34,776 bases of DNA, from the NCBI GenBank assembly GCA_046759445.1, contig JBHICG010000033.1, positions 1-34,776 on the forward strand, written 5' to 3'. The first letter of the stretch is position 1; each line of letters starts with the position of its first letter. Origin of the DNA: Candidatus Scalinduaceae bacterium. GTDB lineage: Bacteria > Planctomycetota > Brocadiia > Brocadiales > Scalinduaceae. The translations under genes and the position numbers were made by a program. Below are positions 16,789 through 25,428 of this stretch, in pieces. The notes under the pieces were generated by a model. It was not told where the DNA came from and searched no databases. It was given only the letters and a program-made list of their open reading frames with translations.

Positions 16789-19212
16789 ATGATTCGTGAA
16801 AACAGGATATGGGTATTTATGTTGTTTTTAATGTTTTTTATTGGATGCCATGCAACGATTGCCCAGGTGCTCTTGATTCGTGAATTTCTGGTTGTCTTTT
16901 TTGGAAACGAACTTTGCATCGGAATAATCCTTGGCGCCTGGCTTTTTGGTGTTGCATCTGGTGCGGCAATGGGGGTAAGTATTATTAGCAGGTTCAAAAA
17001 CCATTTATCTGCTTTTACTTTAATACTGATATCAATGTGTTTAATACTTCCACTGGACATACTCTTAATCAGGGTATTAAGGTATATCCTTTTTATACCA
17101 ACCGGGCAGTATATTCCCATTCTGTCATTATTGATCTCGTCAACGTTTATTATTGTACCGTTTAGTTTTACCATAGGCCTTATATTTCCAATCGCATGTA
17201 AGGTAATTCGAGGGGTTACGCGTGACTCAGCCGCAGATATAGGTATTGTATATATCCTGGAATCAGTTGGCGGTCTTATTGGTGGTTTAATATTTACGTT
17301 TGTTCTCGTTTCGAGATTACGACCATTCATGATATTAATGGTCTTTGTCTGTGTGATATTCTTTAATACACTTTTGATGCTTTTGTTTTTTGAAAAGAAA
17401 TTCTTAAGAACCAGCTCAAACCACCCAACCAGTTTACTCGGGAGGACAGAGTCATTTTGGTGGGGAGGAAAGGTCTTTACGTGCACGTTGCTTTTATTCG
17501 TTGCCTTTATTTTACTAATCTCAGGTATAGCTAATAACATTGATGATTATTTTATAAAGGCAAGGTGGAATTCCTCCAATCCAGATATAGAACTTTTAGA
17601 ATCTGTAGACTCAAGGTATGAGAATATTGTCATTGGTCTTAGAGAAGACCAGTACAGTGTATTTGGGAATGGCCAGTATAGCTTTGCCTTCCCGAATGAT
17701 TATGAGTACGCACAAAAAGCTCATCTGATAATGACACAGCACCCGGATCCAAAAAGGGTTTTACTTATTGGTGGAGGAATGGGGGGATTGATAAAGGAGA
17801 TGCTTAAACATCCGGTTGATGAAATACATTACATTGAATTAGATCCTATTTTGTTAGGTTTAACTAGGAAATATTTGCCGATGGATGAAATGGAGTCTTT
17901 GATGGACAAAAGGGTTAAGATGTTTCATGAAGATGGTAGGCATTTTGTTAAGAGGGCAAGAGAGAAAATGAGGTATGACTTAATCTTTGTAAATGTTCCT
18001 GACCCCTCTACCGCTTTTCTTAATAGGTTTTATACGTTACAATTTTTTCAGGAAACAAGTTATATTCTTAAGAAACGTGGTGTTTTTGTAGTAGAAATAT
18101 CTTCTGCAGTAAATTATCTGGGAGAAGAAGTAGGTAATTATACAGGATCTATCTACCAAACCCTGCATAACGTCTTTCCTTTCGTAATCATTTCTCCTGG
18201 GCAAACGAATTACTATTTTGCAAGTGATACTCCAGAGATGGCCACATTTGATATACAGATATTAGCAAAACGTTATGTCGAACGTAATATCAAATCTGAA
18301 TATTTTTCTAAATATGTATTTAACACCTTTCTACCGCTAGAAAGGGTTAAGTTTATTGAAAAAGCAATTAAAGAGAGAAAGGATCTTAGGGTAAATACTG
18401 ATTCACAACCTGTTACATATTTCTTTAATCTTATGTTGTGGGATAAATTTTCTGGTGGCCAATTGAGTAATATCCTTCTGTGGCTTGAAAAAACTCATTT
18501 AAAGACAATCTTAATTCCTATATTTTTATTCATGCTCTGTAGGATTATTTACGTTGTAGTCTTTAAACGCAGTCAGGAAGTTCAACAAAAATTTAATAGT
18601 ATAGCTGCAATTACGACAACGGGTTTTGCGGGGATGGCATTAGAAATAATCTTAATATTTGCGTTTCAGAATATATATGGATATGTGTATGAGAAGATAG
18701 GGTTAATAATTGCTTTGTTCATGTTCGGTCTGGCCGCTGGGAGTAGTCTCAGTAATAGAATAATATTAAAAGACACCTCGAGGAGCACATTGGGTCAAAT
18801 AGATGGGAAGAAAGAGATAGATTGGATAAAGATGCTGATATTTTTAGAAGGTACTATAATTTTATATGTTATTGTTATACCATTTATATTGAGTCAACTT
18901 TCATTTCAGTTTTTCGGTTCTGAATATATTTTCATACTATTAGTAGTAATAGCAGGTATGTTGACGGGACTCGAATTCCCTATCTCAAGTAAGCTGTATT
19001 TTCTACGCAAAGGGGAATTAGGAACAACCGCAGGAGTTATTGACAGTGCAGATCATGCAGGGGCGTTTATTGGCGCCATGCTCACAGGTGTAATACTTGT
19101 CCCCATTTTTGGATTGGCGGAATCGTGCATAATAATAGTAGCCTTAAACCTGGTGAGTTTGTTATTTTTATTACACCTTTACTATCAGAAGAGAAAAATC
19201 GGAGATGTTTAA
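16789..19212 (+). CDS. Membrane-fused spermidine-synthase-like / class I SAM-dependent transferase
   Basis: Multiple TM helices on both sides (LLIREFLVVFFGNEL; GFAGMALEIILIFAFQNIYGYVY) of a soluble SAM-fold domain: RVLLIGGG.GG, IELDP, DGRHF, YDLIFVNVPDP, NRFYTLQFF and NTDSQP. Confidence 0.85.
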   Translation: MIRENRIWVFMLFLMFFIGCHATIAQVLLIREFLVVFFGNELCIGIILGAWLFGVASGAAMGVSIISRFKNHLSAFTLILISMCLILPLDILLIRVLRYILFIPTGQYIPILSLLISSTFIIVPFSFTIGLIFPIACKVIRGVTRDSAADIGIVYILESVGGLIGGLIFTFVLVSRLRPFMILMVFVCVIFFNTLLMLLFFEKKFLRTSSNHPTSLLGRTESFWWGGKVFTCTLLLFVAFILLISGIANNIDDYFIKARWNSSNPDIELLESVDSRYENIVIGLREDQYSVFGNGQYSFAFPNDYEYAQKAHLIMTQHPDPKRVLLIGGGMGGLIKEMLKHPVDEIHYIELDPILLGLTRKYLPMDEMESLMDKRVKMFHEDGRHFVKRAREKMRYDLIFVNVPDPSTAFLNRFYTLQFFQETSYILKKRGVFVVEISSAVNYLGEEVGNYTGSIYQTLHNVFPFVIISPGQTNYYFASDTPEMATFDIQILAKRYVERNIKSEYFSKYVFNTFLPLERVKFIEKAIKERKDLRVNTDSQPVTYFFNLMLWDKFSGGQLSNILLWLEKTHLKTILIPIFLFMLCRIIYVVVFKRSQEVQQKFNSIAAITTTGFAGMALEIILIFAFQNIYGYVYEKIGLIIALFMFGLAAGSSLSNRIILKDTSRSTLGQIDGKKEIDWIKMLIFLEGTIILYVIVIPFILSQLSFQFFGSEYIFILLVVIAGMLTGLEFPISSKLYFLRKGELGTTAGVIDSADHAGAFIGAMLTGVILVPIFGLAESCIIIVALNLVSLLFLLHLYYQKRKIGDV

Positions 19213-19401
19213 CAGGCTGATCGGGATAATTTTTCAAAATCATGATTAACAAGATAATAGAAAGTCATGTGATTCTTAAGGGAACCTTTACCCACCTACG
19301 AGGTGATTAAAGGCGTTTACTATCAGAAACCAGATGCAAGCAAAAAGGCAGCAATATATCTTGCTTCTAGTCTATATCCTCTTAATCTTGTCTAAAAGAC
19401 A

Positions 19402-19575
19402 ATGAATTGCCCACTTTGTAATTTTAATCTTAGTGTTATTGATATAAAGAAAGTATGCGAAAGCTGTCTTATCGTAAAAGGGTGTACGATGATAAAGTGT
19501 CCTAATTGTGGCTACGAAACTATCCCTGATCCAGACCTGTTAAAACTGATAAAGAAGATGAGGAAAAAGAAATAA
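19402..19575 (+). CDS. Small Cys-rich metal-binding protein (57 aa), not in the supplied ORF track
   Basis: Manual translation gives MNCPLCNFNLSVIDIKKVCESCLIVKGCTMIKCPNCGYETIPDPDLLKLIKKMRKKK*, with three CxxC pairs plus one Cys and a basic tail. Confidence 0.8.
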   Translation: MNCPLCNFNLSVIDIKKVCESCLIVKGCTMIKCPNCGYETIPDPDLLKLIKKMRKKK

Positions 19576-19694
19576 TAATATGAAAAGCTGGTTTTCCCAC
19601 CTGAAAATCTTATGCAGGGCAGACAAGCCCTCCATTATGATTGTTGCATTGGAAGTGTGATCTGCAGAATTGACTCTTAGAATCTTGATGCTCT

Positions 19695-21371
19695 TTAAAG
19701 CCCTTCAGTCTTTGGTTCAGCAGTTCTTTGAATAATCCTATCTATGGCATTATGCGTCCATAATATCTCAGGTACTAATGCTTCATCAGCTCCCAGATCC
19801 AATAATTCCTGTGCCTGTTTTTCGTCGCGTGCACGCACTATAATAAAGATTTCAGGGTTGTATACTTTGGCATACCTTATTGCTATCTTCTTGGTTTTTT
19901 CATCTGGAATTGCCAATATAAGGATTTTTGCTCTGGCAATGTTCGCCTTAATCAAGATATGATGATTGATTGCATCACCGAATAGATAATGCAAACCAGC
20001 TTCTTTTATCTTATGAACCATTCTGGGATCGTGTTCTATTATGGTAATATCGTATTTGCCCTTTAAGTCCATTACCAGGTGAGAACCAGATCTTCCATAT
20101 CCGCAAAGTATCAGATGGTTTGTAGGTTGCAAAATCTCTTCTTTTTCTCCATAAAAGCTTAGTCTGGGAATTATATTGAAAACCTTATTTAGGAATTTCT
20201 TTCTTGAAAATATATCATATAATCTTTCAGATTGCCCCATCGCAAGTGGAGTCAATATGATTGTAATCAAGGCTGAAGTAATTATCGATGAGGTAAGGGC
20301 GGGTTGAAGGTATCCGTATTTTTGCCCTATCGTCAATAGAACAAAAGAGAATTCTCCAACCTGCATCATACCCATTCCAACCTTAAACGATGTTTTTCCA
20401 TCGTATCCAAAAAACCATGTTGGCAAGGAACACGTTACAAACTTACCAATTAAAATTAGTAATATGATATAACCTACTAGAGCGATATTATCTAGGAGGA
20501 TACCGGGATTAATAAACATACCTATGGATACGAAAAATATAACAATAAATAAATCCCTAAGGGGCCTGATCATGAGGGATATTTCCAGATTATACTCAGC
20601 CTCAGAAAGTAAAAAACCCACAACAAAGGCGCCAAGGGCAATTGATAGTCCTAATAAATGGGTAGATATTGCTCCCCCTATCGCTACAGCAAAAACAGAG
20701 AGCAAGAATATTTCTTTATTTCCAGTGCGCACAACCAGATACATAACCTTAGGCAGCAACTTTCTACCAATCAGTATGATACCAAATACTGTCCCCATGC
20801 CTAATACCAGTACTCTTAAAAGATCAAGGATATCACCCCTTGCTATTTCCTTAAAGTTTGAGATGAAAAAAATCATTATTATGACAGCAAGGTCTTGAAC
20901 AATAAGTATGCCTATCATTATTTTACCTGAGATATATTCAATCTCGTTCCTTTCACTTAAAAGCTTTACCACTATCATGGTGCTGCTTATTGAGACAATC
21001 ATTCCCAATATAACTGAATCAAAAATAGGCCAACCAAATATTCGCGAAAGTAGATAGCCAAGAATAACCATTGTTGCGATTTGAATTATGCCTCCAATAA
21101 TCGATATCTTCCAGATTTCACTTAGCGTAGAGAATCTGAATTCTAACCCGATTATGAACATAAGAAGGGCAACACCTATTTCCGCAAGGGAGGTGACTTC
21201 TTCAATATTGCTGATTAAACCAAGTCCGTACGGTCCTATCAGTATTCCAACAAGGATGTAAGCCAGGATAACAGACTGTTTCAATATATGTGCAAAGATA
21301 CCAAATAATAGTGAGGCCACTATTATGATGACAATATCTACAATAAGTGTGAGCGAATGAGCGTCTTCCAT
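19695..21371 (-). CDS. CPA2 family cation:proton antiporter with a C-terminal TrkA-N/RCK domain (Kef-type K+ transport)
   Basis: LAYILVGILIGP, AEIGVALLMF.IGLE, ISSTMIVVKLL, GILIVQDL, ALGAFVVG, FFVSIGM and QVGEFSFVL. RCK domain HLILCGYGRSG. Likely start is ATG 21371. Confidence 0.92.
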   Translation of the reverse strand: MEDAHSLTLIVDIVIIIVASLLFGIFAHILKQSVILAYILVGILIGPYGLGLISNIEEVTSLAEIGVALLMFIIGLEFRFSTLSEIWKISIIGGIIQIATMVILGYLLSRIFGWPIFDSVILGMIVSISSTMIVVKLLSERNEIEYISGKIMIGILIVQDLAVIIMIFFISNFKEIARGDILDLLRVLVLGMGTVFGIILIGRKLLPKVMYLVVRTGNKEIFLLSVFAVAIGGAISTHLLGLSIALGAFVVGFLLSEAEYNLEISLMIRPLRDLFIVIFFVSIGMFINPGILLDNIALVGYIILLILIGKFVTCSLPTWFFGYDGKTSFKVGMGMMQVGEFSFVLLTIGQKYGYLQPALTSSIITSALITIILTPLAMGQSERLYDIFSRKKFLNKVFNIIPRLSFYGEKEEILQPTNHLILCGYGRSGSHLVMDLKGKYDITIIEHDPRMVHKIKEAGLHYLFGDAINHHILIKANIARAKILILAIPDEKTKKIAIRYAKVYNPEIFIIVRARDEKQAQELLDLGADEALVPEILWTHNAIDRIIQRTAEPKTEGL

Positions 21372-21557
21372 TTTTCTCAAAAGTGTAGATTAGACAGAGA
21401 ATTGAACAGCATAACAATAGAATATTTTTGTTTGTATCTTTTTACTCTATAAACTTTGAGGTCTCAGCAACAAACCATTATAGTATTGGAATTAAGATAT
21501 GCTAGGATTTTAAATCACAGGGTATAATAAAATGACAAAAAAACTAATTGTAATTGT

Positions 21558-22688
21558 TTAATGCCACACCCCTGGAATCGGATGTTTGCAATTACGACAC
21601 TTATTATCATTTAGGGAATACTGAAGAATTGTATATCCCACCCTTCTTATGACTACTTCTTTGCAATCAGGACAATAAGTACTTTCACCCTGATGACCTG
21701 GTACGTTACCGATATATGCAAAGTTAAGGCCTGCTTCTATCGCTATGTTTCTTGCCTTTTCCAGAGTCTTGATCGGGGTAGGTGGCAGGTTTTTTATTTT
21801 GTATGTGGGATGAAAACGTGAGAAATGAATGGGTATATCCGTACCAAGATTTTGATTTATCCACGAGCACATATCTCTAAGTTCTTCCGTACTATCATTA
21901 AGTGTTGGTACTATAAGAACAACTATTTCAAACCATATACCTATCTCTTTTAGTGTAATAAGAGTTTCTAGAACGGGCTTCAATTCACCACTGCAAGTTT
22001 CTTTATAGAATTTTTCAGTGAATGCCTTAAAATCTATCTTAACTGCATCCAATTCTTTACACAATTTAATTAAGGGTTCTTTTTTTATATACCCATTAGA
22101 AATCATAACACTTCCGACTCCCTCTCGCTTTCCTACCCTGGCAGTATCGTACATATACTCATAAAAAATCACGGGCTCAGAATATGTATAAGCAATAGTC
22201 TCACATTTTTTCTCTTTTGCAAATCTTACTACCTCTTCAGGTGTTAGTTTAATATTATTCACCTGCTCAGGGCGAAACTGTGAAATTTGCCAGTTCTGGC
22301 AAAACTTACACTCTATATTGCATCCTGCTGTTGCTATTGAATATGCCCTTGTGGCTGGCAAATAGTGGAATAAAGGTTTTTTTTCTATGGGGTCAACATT
22401 TTGTGCACATACACTGGAATGAACAAGTGTATAATATTTGCCGTCACGATTTTCTCTTACACCACAGTAGCCTCTTTCCAGGTCAGCAACCTTACACCCT
22501 CTTGGACATAGCTCACACTCAACTCTAACGTCTGGAAGTTGTTTATAATACCTGGCCTCTTTTTTAGGAAATTCATCCTCTTCATATATATTAGAGGCAT
22601 TAATTGTTGACATGAAAGGTATAAATACATTGCAAGCTGCACAGGTTCCAATAATGCCGTTCTCTAAAAATTCTCTTCTTGAAATCAC
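21558..22688 (-). CDS. amrS: AmmeMemoRadiSam-system radical SAM enzyme (PFL-activase-like) with a twin-arginine-like N-terminus
   Basis: CELCPRGC...GYCGVREN, DPIEKKPLFH, radical SAM motif GCNIECKFCQNWQISQ, AYTYSEP, HFSRFHP.YK, YIGNVPG, CPDC and CRNC. GTG start with a GGAG RBS, N-terminus MISRREFL. Confidence 0.9.
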   Translation of the reverse strand: MISRREFLENGIIGTCAACNVFIPFMSTINASNIYEEDEFPKKEARYYKQLPDVRVECELCPRGCKVADLERGYCGVRENRDGKYYTLVHSSVCAQNVDPIEKKPLFHYLPATRAYSIATAGCNIECKFCQNWQISQFRPEQVNNIKLTPEEVVRFAKEKKCETIAYTYSEPVIFYEYMYDTARVGKREGVGSVMISNGYIKKEPLIKLCKELDAVKIDFKAFTEKFYKETCSGELKPVLETLITLKEIGIWFEIVVLIVPTLNDSTEELRDMCSWINQNLGTDIPIHFSRFHPTYKIKNLPPTPIKTLEKARNIAIEAGLNFAYIGNVPGHQGESTYCPDCKEVVIRRVGYTILQYSLNDNKCRNCKHPIPGVWH

Positions 22689-22719
22689 TTTTGTACTCCA
22701 TTTAAAAGATTTATAATAA

Positions 22720-22748
22720 ATTTTATTTCATTTACCGTATATTGTCAA
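22720..22748 (-). promoter_or_regulatory. Sigma-70-type promoter for the radical SAM gene
   Basis: On the minus strand, TTGACA (22748-22743)-17 nt-TAAAAT (22725-22720). Confidence 0.6.
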
Positions 22749-22790
22749 GTTACATGTAAGAATACGAATAGTTTAAACCATAGCAGAGTT

Positions 22791-22808
22791 CCACGGGCTT
22801 GCCCGTGG
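22791..22808. repeat. GC-rich perfect hairpin, like a REP or IS200/IS605 end
   Basis: CCACGGGC-TT-GCCCGTGG in an AT-rich intergenic region. The reverse strand reads GTAGATAC-CCACGGGCAAGCCCGTGG. Confidence 0.65.
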
Positions 22809-22847
22809 GTATCTACATGGGCTATGTTAATAATTTTACATCTTTGG

Positions 22848-22876
22848 TTGACAGCATATTATCGAAGTGATACACT
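22848..22876 (+). promoter_or_regulatory. Sigma-70-type promoter
   Basis: TTGACA-17 nt-TACACT with an extended -10 TG, upstream of ORF 22942. Confidence 0.6.
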
Positions 22877-22941
22877 TCTTTAACTTTGTTTCACCCAAAA
22901 AAAAAGATTTATCCTCTTAATAGTAAATCACTTTTAAAGGA

Positions 22942-23523
22942 GTGGGCAAAATGAAAATGAACATAAAAAGAAGTTATTTTATCTTTCTAATTGTCTTAAT
23001 TATGTATGTGACTTTTGTGAATGTTTCTTTGGGCATCGAAGTCAACCCAACGAAAGAGCAGATAGTCGAGACAATTAATTATGGGGAAGCTAATCCCGGA
23101 AAAAAAATCTTCAAAACAGAACTTGTTGCGCCTGCAACATTTGGTAACTGGCCCAAATTTGGAAGTGGTTTAATAAAAAGTAAGCTCATTGTTCTTGCAG
23201 TAATGTCAGCTATGATAAAAAAGGCAAAAAAGAAGATTACAGAGGAAGAAGTAAAGGCAATAATGGGATCAGACGACTTAACCATTAGTTATAGGGGTGG
23301 AACTAATGTATATAAGATTAAGTTGAGACAGGGTGTAAAAGTAATAGAACCAAAAGAGATGATGAAACCTGAAATGAAAGATATAGACCCTGCTAAGCAC
23401 GCAGTCTTCATCATGGCAAGTTATCCCTATTCTGATTTAGATCTGAGTGCAAAGACATTCGTCATGATTGTAAAGGATTTTGGAACAAATGAATATGAAG
23501 TAGATTTCTCAAAAATAAAGTAA
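22942..23523 (+). CDS. Exported hypothetical protein
   Basis: 193-aa ORF with AAGGAG near the start region (true start could be ATG 22951 or 22957). Basic plus hydrophobic signal peptide ending VSLG. No recognisable domain. Confidence 0.7.
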   Translation: MGKMKMNIKRSYFIFLIVLIMYVTFVNVSLGIEVNPTKEQIVETINYGEANPGKKIFKTELVAPATFGNWPKFGSGLIKSKLIVLAVMSAMIKKAKKKITEEEVKAIMGSDDLTISYRGGTNVYKIKLRQGVKVIEPKEMMKPEMKDIDPAKHAVFIMASYPYSDLDLSAKTFVMIVKDFGTNEYEVDFSKIK

Positions 23524-23590
23524 AATACATTGAAAGTATCCAAGCAAAAATATTTAGTATTTTCAGAATATATCAATATGTAAAAGGGCA

Positions 23591-24037
23591 ATGAAGCACA
23601 TGAAAACTTATAAAAATATATTAATATTATTTACGTTTTTGTTGCTTTTCACTGGTTGTTCTAGCACTAATTTTGCGAGGATATCTATGAACGATTACCC
23701 ACCAAAGCATGAAAGTGTGGAGATCCCCATATTCGCAGGGGATTCCGATACGATTTATGAAAGAATTGGAGTAATATTTGTTTATGGAGAAAAATCCTTA
23801 ACAAGAGAATTGATAAATTATAGATTGAGAGAACAAGCAAAAAAAATAGGGGCCGATGCTATAATTTTTGCCAGGTACGATAATATAGATCCTTATAAAT
23901 ACTTTAAAGCCTATGGCAGCGCTTATGTCGATTTTGAGTGGGCAAAGAAAAGTGGTAGTGGTGTCTGGATAATGAGAGGAGTGCCAATTGGGGCAGGTCT
24001 TGTCATAATTAATAAAACATCAAAAAAGCTACGTTAA
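23591..24037 (+). CDS. Lipoprotein with a YbjQ/dodecin-like (A..GADAII) domain
   Basis: Lipobox LFTGC and the pattern YERIG.I....LREQAKKIGADAII. Confidence 0.7.
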   Translation: MKHMKTYKNILILFTFLLLFTGCSSTNFARISMNDYPPKHESVEIPIFAGDSDTIYERIGVIFVYGEKSLTRELINYRLREQAKKIGADAIIFARYDNIDPYKYFKAYGSAYVDFEWAKKSGSGVWIMRGVPIGAGLVIINKTSKKLR

Positions 24038-24199
24038 AAACCTTTGGATATTTCCACTTTTTGATAGTCAGTGATTAAAGGAAAGTGCAAAATTCATAAC
24101 TCTTTTTATAATCAAAAAATATCTTTTGAAATCAGAGGTTCGTAGGGACTATGTAGATAAATATTTAAAAATTAATTATCTAAAAAGGAGGATGATTAA

Positions 24200-24598
24200 A
24201 TGGGAATTGCAAAGCAATTTACTATTCTACTAGAGAATAAACCTGGCGCCCTGGCCAATATATGTTCTGAACTGGCTAGCAAAGACATAAATATTTTAGC
24301 AATCTCAGTCCTCGATACAATTGATTCAGGCCTAATCCGCATGGTGGTTAGCGATCCTATTGGTGCAAAAAAGGTCTTTGATGATGCAGGGTTTAATGCG
24401 GTAGAGACCGACGTATTAGCGGTCGAAATGACGGATAAACCAGGCACATTGGCCGAGATAGCCAGACAGCTTTACAAAGCGAGGATAAATATCGAATATG
24501 CATATGCTAGTGTACCTCCAGATGAAGGTAAATCCCTAGGAATCTTCTGGGTATCAAACCTGAAAAAAGCATCAGAAATACTCGAAGCTCAAATATAA
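24200..24598 (+). CDS. Tandem ACT-domain protein
   Basis: Strong AAGGAGG RBS. Two ACT repeats: LENKPGALA...DINI and TDKPGTLA...RINIEYAY. Confidence 0.9.
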   Translation: MGIAKQFTILLENKPGALANICSELASKDINILAISVLDTIDSGLIRMVVSDPIGAKKVFDDAGFNAVETDVLAVEMTDKPGTLAEIARQLYKARINIEYAYASVPPDEGKSLGIFWVSNLKKASEILEAQI

Positions 24599-24606
24599 TT
24601 CATAAC

Positions 24607-24634
24607 TTGACATAATAGTCCTGCGACGTATTAT
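24607..24634 (+). promoter_or_regulatory. Sigma-70-type promoter upstream of the cooT-cooJ-like pair
   Basis: TTGACA-16 nt-TATTAT. Confidence 0.5.
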
Positions 24635-24783
24635 TATTCTCATTGCCTTTATTAGCTCGTTTGTAAATACTTAAACTTATCCTTCAATAGTAGATGGGGG
24701 GGGGTATCTTAGAATTTTATTTTTTGATTAATGATTTATCCCATATTTATTTCATATAACATTTTAGTTCCAGGGAAAGACAT

Positions 24784-24981
24784 ATGTGTCAGATGAGAGT
24801 GATGCTGGATAAGGACGGACAACAGGAATTAGTGATGGAAAACGTTACAGAGCTTGAAGTGGCTGAAGAGGGAATCAGGATTAGTACGTTTTTTGAAGAA
24901 CTTAAAATTGTTTCAGGCGCATCTGTAAAAAAGATTGATTTTCTTTCTGGTACATTAACACTTCAAGCAAAGCATGTTTAG
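24784..24981 (+). CDS. cooT: CooT-family nickel-binding protein
   Basis: 65 aa with the family's Cys at position 2 (MCQMRV...ELVMENV...GIRISTFFEE...IKKIDF-like) and an AGGGA RBS. Confidence 0.8.
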   Translation: MCQMRVMLDKDGQQELVMENVTELEVAEEGIRISTFFEELKIVSGASVKKIDFLSGTLTLQAKHV

Positions 24982-25018
24982 TAAAAGTAGTTTGCAAGCG
25001 CAAATAATGGAAGAGCAC

Positions 25019-25267
25019 ATGTCGGAACAAAATACAATAAAAAAGCTTCGGGTATTGTTACCACACTGGATTGAGCACAACAACAATCATATAGCTGAGT
25101 TCAGAAAGTGGGAAAGTGAAGCGAGAACAGAATCCGGGCAGGAAGTTGCCCTGTTGCTGGAGAAGGCTATAAGTGATATGGAGGAGGCTGGCAAATCGCT
25201 TTCCGAAGCGCTTGAAAAAGTAGGTGGGCCATTGGAAGGTGGGGGAGGGCATAACCATTATCACTAA
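25019..25267 (+). CDS. cooJ: CooJ-like nickel chaperone (helical, His-containing)
   Basis: HWIEHNNNH fits the H(W/F)x2Hx3H CooJ Ni-site motif. Helical heptads and a GGGGHNHYH tail. Directly follows cooT. Likely start is ATG 25019. Confidence 0.65.
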   Translation: MSEQNTIKKLRVLLPHWIEHNNNHIAEFRKWESEARTESGQEVALLLEKAISDMEEAGKSLSEALEKVGGPLEGGGGHNHYH

Positions 25268-25428
25268 CAGGCAAGTGACTATGCCCACATTTTCATATAA
25301 AATTGCATTTCTTTGATTGATAGATAGTTTCTTGTAAAATTATCATAATAGCTTACAACAAAAAACAACTCATCATCCAGGAAAAATACTACTATAAGAT
25401 TATGTTTATTACGTAATTCCATATAAAA

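Noticed and set aside
16758..17540. 260-aa minus-strand ORF
   Set aside because: Antisense shadow of the membrane-protein gene, with no motifs. The same applies to the other antisense or overlapping track ORFs (e.g. 9862-10317, 15311-15901, 20524-20898, 25392-25754, 27319-27690, 29271-29630).
24729..24757. NikR operator upstream of cooT
   Set aside because: Half-sites only partly match GTATGA/TCATAC, spacing is 17 rather than 16, and the region is very AT-rich, so a chance match is likely.
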